The position numbers were made by a program, and so were the translations under genes. From a virus: DNA of 41,726 bases. The stretch is from IMG/VR virus record IMGVR_UViG_3300045988_034074; one strand, given 5' to 3'. The notes below the pieces were generated by a model, which did not search any database, was not told where the DNA came from, and saw only the letters and a list, made by a program, of their open reading frames with translations. This document shows positions 38,583-41,726 of this stretch, in pieces (within the stretch, counting starts at the first letter, position 1; each line of letters begins with the position of its first letter).

Positions 38583-40287
38583 GGCAGCCCATAAGGACTT
38601 CCGTGTATTCGTGTTCATGGTCTGGAAATCTATAGGGCTTCCAGACCCTACACCTATACAGTACGATATTGCAAAGTACCTTATGGATACCCCAACTGAC
38701 CGAAGCATCATTGAGGGGTTTCGAGGTGTCGCTAAGTCCTTTTTGACTTGTGCGTACACCGTATGGATGCTTTGGAAAGACCCCCAGATCAAGGTCTTGG
38801 TTGTGTCTGCATCCAAAGATAGAGCAGATGCAAACGCTGTCTTTATCAAACGTATCATCTATTTGCTGCCCTTCTTGGAACCTTTGCAGACCCAAAGGGG
38901 ACAGCGAGACACTCAGAACCTCTTTGATGTGGGTCTTGCAGTGCCAGATATTTCTCCATCGGTAAAGTCTGTAGGTATCACAGGTCAGATCACTGGTTCT
39001 CGTGCAGACCTCTTGATTGCCGATGACGTAGAAGTCCCGAATAACTCTGGTACTCAGGTGCAGCGTGATAAGCTAGGAGAAGCTGTAAAGGAGTTCGATG
39101 CAGTCTTAAAGCCGGGAGGTAAGATCATCTATCTGGGTACACCTCAGAACGAAATGAGTCTGTACAATGAACTCACCAAACGTGGCTATAAGAGACGCAT
39201 TTGGACTGTACTGTACCCTTCTTCGATCACCGAAAGAGAGACCTATGGGTCTGATTTAGCACCGTTTATTGCTGAACCGTATGATGAAGACCCAGAGAAG
39301 TATGCAGACAAATTGACTCCTACAGACCCAGATAGATTCAATATAGAGGAAATTGAGAAGCGAAAGCTGTCCTATGGTAAGGCAGGGTTCTCTCTTCAGT
39401 TCATGCTCAATACTAACCTCTCTGATGCTGAAAAGTATCCACTGAAGGTAAAGGACTTCATTGTAGCAGACCTTGATCTGAAACAGACCAGCCTCAAATG
39501 GGCATGGTGTTCAGAAGGCTCCAAAAGGCTCTCAGAGGTGCCGTCTGTGGCTCTTAAGGGAGATTACTTCTATAGTCCTTTGAGTCGCTCTGAGGAGGTT
39601 TCAGAGTATTCTGGGACGGTTATGGCAATAGACCCTAGTGGTCGTGGTAAGGATGAGACAGCATATGCTATCATTAAGTTCCTCAATGGCTACCTGTTCA
39701 TTATGGATATTGGTGGCTATCATGAAGGGTACTCTGAGGGGACACTTACGACCCTAGCTAACAAAGCTAAGTTCTATGGGGTCAATGAAGTGGTCATCGA
39801 ATCTAACTTCGGTGATGGAATGTTTTCTCAGCTGCTAAAACCTGTTCTAAATAGGATTCATCCTTGTGCCGTTCAGGAGATCAACAATAGACAGCAGAAG
39901 GAGAAGCGTATCATTGATACTCTTGAACCGCTGCTCATGAGTCATAAGATTGTCCTTAATCAGAGCGTTATTATGGACGATTATAGAGTCTATGAGAGAC
40001 AGCCAGCCTATAGCTTTGTCTATCAGATGACCAGACTCTGTGATGAACGTGGTGCTTTGGCTCACGATGATAGATTGGATGCTGTAGCTATGGCTGTAGC
40101 TTATTGGCATGATGTGCTTGATAGAGATGCTAATGTGGGTATGGAGGAGCATCTTGAAGAGGAATTAGAGATGTGGGCAGATCCTGATGGAGGTGCTTTG
40201 AACTGGGGTAAGCCGGAGGTCTTTAATGATAAGTTGAGTCTTGGTAAGATGCATGTGAATAGCTTGAACCCCTTCAGGAAGTCGTAA
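38551..40287 (+). CDS. Terminase large subunit, T7 gp19-like (578 aa)
   Basis: GTG start after AAGGAGGAGG. GFRGVAKSFLTCAYTVWMLWKDPQIKVLVVSASKDRADANAVFIK, SVKSVGITGQITGSRADLLIADDVE, KAGFSLQFMLNTNLSDAEKYPLK and GALAHDDRLDA align almost colinearly with T7 gp19. Confidence 0.96.
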   Translation: MPLLWTEDQIKAAHKDFRVFVFMVWKSIGLPDPTPIQYDIAKYLMDTPTDRSIIEGFRGVAKSFLTCAYTVWMLWKDPQIKVLVVSASKDRADANAVFIKRIIYLLPFLEPLQTQRGQRDTQNLFDVGLAVPDISPSVKSVGITGQITGSRADLLIADDVEVPNNSGTQVQRDKLGEAVKEFDAVLKPGGKIIYLGTPQNEMSLYNELTKRGYKRRIWTVLYPSSITERETYGSDLAPFIAEPYDEDPEKYADKLTPTDPDRFNIEEIEKRKLSYGKAGFSLQFMLNTNLSDAEKYPLKVKDFIVADLDLKQTSLKWAWCSEGSKRLSEVPSVALKGDYFYSPLSRSEEVSEYSGTVMAIDPSGRGKDETAYAIIKFLNGYLFIMDIGGYHEGYSEGTLTTLANKAKFYGVNEVVIESNFGDGMFSQLLKPVLNRIHPCAVQEINNRQQKEKRIIDTLEPLLMSHKIVLNQSVIMDDYRVYERQPAYSFVYQMTRLCDERGALAHDDRLDAVAMAVAYWHDVLDRDANVGMEEHLEEELEMWADPDGGALNWGKPEVFNDKLSLGKMHVNSLNPFRKS

Positions 40288-40350
40288 AACGCTTTCTGAG
40301 GGCTTCTAAGGGGGCTAGAAGGTAGTTTTACCTAAGACAGACAGGAAGCT

Positions 40351-40385
40351 CTTAGAAACGATTTTAGAGCGTTCTGGAGGCTATT
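40351..40385 (+). promoter_or_regulatory. Conserved roughly 35-nt element, copy B (CTTAGAAACGATTTTAGAGCGTTCTGGAGGCTATT)
   Basis: Aligned by eye with 7076-7109. Confidence 0.5.
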
Positions 40386-40411
40386 GCTAGTTTTACTATC
40401 TATTGCTAGTT
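40381..40411. repeat. 12-bp direct repeat CTATTGCTAGTT (40381-40392 and 40400-40411)
   Basis: Read directly. Confidence 0.75.
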
Positions 40412-40437
40412 GGTAGATCACTGCTAACTAGCTATTT

Positions 40438-40597
40438 TATCATTATGTATAAATATACAGAAAAATGTATAATTATAAATGAGGAAGAGCTAAATTTAAT
40501 TGTCAACTTATTTTTAATTGAGCCATGTATATACAATCTACCTAATTGTGTTAAGACCCGAAGGGGAGAAGGAAAAGTTATAGTATACATAATGATA
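40438..40597. repeat. 14-bp perfect inverted repeat TATCATTATGTATA (40438-40451) / TATACATAATGATA (40584-40597) bracketing 132 bp of AT-rich DNA
   Basis: Reverse complement checked by hand. Confidence 0.75.
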
Positions 40598-40849
40598 CTA
40601 CATTCTGTTCTTCACATTATGAGTTGCATAATGAATATTCATAAATATAAGTTAGTTAGTAGCTAGTAGATAGCTAGTTAATAGCTAACCTTAAAGATTC
40701 TTATGGACTCTTAAAGACCTCTTAAAGGGCTGGTCAGGTATCATAAAGAATTTCTAAACAATTCTAAAAGAGTCCTTTATGAGTTCTGACTGTAACCTTA
40801 ACTCTAGCTACTATCTAGCTATTATCTATCTATATAAAGGAAATGTACT

Positions 40850-41392
40850 ATGATTACTAAAGTAACATCTATTCTCAAATATATCATAGTAGCTGTAGTC
40901 TCTTTCCTCCTTGGCTATGGCTGCTATGCTATTCTACATTCTACTACCACTGACTCTGTGTCTAAAGTGGAGAGTCCAAAAGACTCTATTGGTACTGAGG
41001 TACTCCATGAAACGAACCATGTGACACTTAAAGAGAAGCAGCGGAACACAGACCCAGACTTGGTGGTAAATAACAGATACATTGCTGAGATCAATGGTCA
41101 GACCTTTGAGATCCCTAAGAGTCCTTCGGTGACTCATAAGGATAGCAAAGGAGTTCAGACCAAAGTGACCTCAGATATCAATATGACTCCAGTGGTCAAG
41201 AAATGGGCTGATCTGGAATACAAAAGGAACTGGGAAGTATCTGCTGGTCTTGGTAGATCTCATGATGGTCACTTCTATGTCCCTATTGGACTCCAGAGGA
41301 ATTACAACTACGATAGAGCCATTGAGATCTCTGTGGGACTCTCTAAAGACCATGTGGAGAACATTCAGGTGGTTCATAAGTGGAAGTTTTAA
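40850..41392 (+). CDS. Secreted or membrane-anchored protein (180 aa), unknown function
   Basis: N-terminal hydrophobic segment ILKYIIVAVVSFLLGYGCYA. The C-terminal 60 aa have an alternating beta-strand pattern and end in VVHKWKF. The position corresponds to T7 gene 19.5. Confidence 0.65.
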   Translation: MITKVTSILKYIIVAVVSFLLGYGCYAILHSTTTDSVSKVESPKDSIGTEVLHETNHVTLKEKQRNTDPDLVVNNRYIAEINGQTFEIPKSPSVTHKDSKGVQTKVTSDINMTPVVKKWADLEYKRNWEVSAGLGRSHDGHFYVPIGLQRNYNYDRAIEISVGLSKDHVENIQVVHKWKF

Positions 41393-41632
41393 CTGGGTCT
41401 TACAAAATTTTGGAAAAAATTGTGAAGTGTCTATTCATCCACTTGGGCGGGTCTGGATTCCCCCTCTATGGTACTCTTCAGGTCTTCGCAGCGTTACCAC
41501 TTTAGCTCTTTAGGACTTCACTGACACACAGATTACAACGCCATCTAACACATGCTCTATAGCACTCTTTAGGATACCTTATAGAACACTCAAGGGATAC
41601 CATGGCTAATACTGTCATGGATACTGGTGGAC

Positions 41633-41726
41633 GCTTGAAGAGTGCTTGAAGAGTGCTTGAAGAGTGCTTGAAGAGTGCTTGAAGAGTGCTTGAAGAGTGC
41701 TTGAAGAGTGCTTGAAGAGTGCTTGA
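41633..41726. repeat. Right direct terminal repeat: GCTTG plus 8 copies of AAGAGTGCTTG plus A
   Basis: Same 11-mer array as 1-94. Confidence 0.9.

Larger units (their letters stand above)
40288..40849 (+). other. 562-bp non-coding, partly very AT-rich right-end control region (candidate secondary origin, packaging or regulatory region)
   Basis: No credible ORF. It contains copy B of the 35-nt element, direct and inverted repeats, TAG-rich motifs and three TCTTAAAG motifs. Confidence 0.5.

Noticed and set aside
40403-40666. 87-aa ORF (TTG start; internal ATG at 40445) in the AT-rich right-end region
   Set aside because: No RBS, very AT-rich codons giving an Ile/Asn/Lys/Tyr-rich sequence, and it is crossed by inverted repeats. 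More likely non-coding, though a small moron gene cannot be fully excluded.
41250-41513. 87-aa + strand ORF overlapping the end of the last gene
   Set aside because: It is out of frame within a better-supported gene and runs into the non-coding right end. No RBS.
1-41726. Search for a lysogeny or mobile-element module (integrase, repressor, transposase) or a defence island
   Set aside because: No ORF shows the corresponding motifs. The gene content and order are those of a strictly lytic T7-like phage.

Overview
This window looks like the complete linear genome (41,726 bp) of a T7-like (Autographiviridae-type) podovirus. It is bounded by direct terminal repeats built entirely from tandem copies of the 11-mer AAGAGTGCTTG. 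All credible genes (about 49) lie on the + strand in the classic T7 order. From left to right: a non-coding left end with pause and promoter signals, then small early ORFs of unknown function. Next come the single-subunit RNA polymerase (3439-6063) and a DNA-metabolism block. That block holds a standalone TSCPD protein, a gp1.7-like protein with Tudor-like repeats, a ThyX-family protein, dUTPase, gp2.5-type SSB, endonuclease I, a gp3.5-like protein, primase-helicase, class II RNR NrdJ, family A DNA polymerase, 5'-3' exonuclease and a GNAT-like protein. The structural block follows: gp6.7-like, gp7.3-like, portal, scaffold, major capsid, tail tube A and B, internal core gp13-16 and tail fibre. 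A lysis cassette with a glucosaminidase-type endolysin precedes the small and large terminase genes, a 560-bp AT-rich non-coding region and one last secreted or membrane protein. I saw no integrase, repressor or CRISPR array. A 23-nt phage promoter consensus (TAATTGAGACAAGAAACAGAGRA) occurs four times. The observations I rate highest are: (1) a tRNA-like element with encoded CCA but no anticodon arm, directly after the capsid-gene terminator; (2) five Tudor-like modules resembling the RNAP-binding domains of CarD, Mfd and PcrA/UvrD, four of them fused to a DUF3310/gp1.7-like domain; (3) three copies of the T7 class II pause signal TATCTGTT next to the terminal repeat, together with a gp3.5 homologue that lacks all three zinc ligands of the amidase; (4) two unexplained conserved non-coding elements, of 20 nt and about 35 nt, each present twice. 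All homology statements rest on motifs read from the translations and compared with family sequences from memory. No database search was run.
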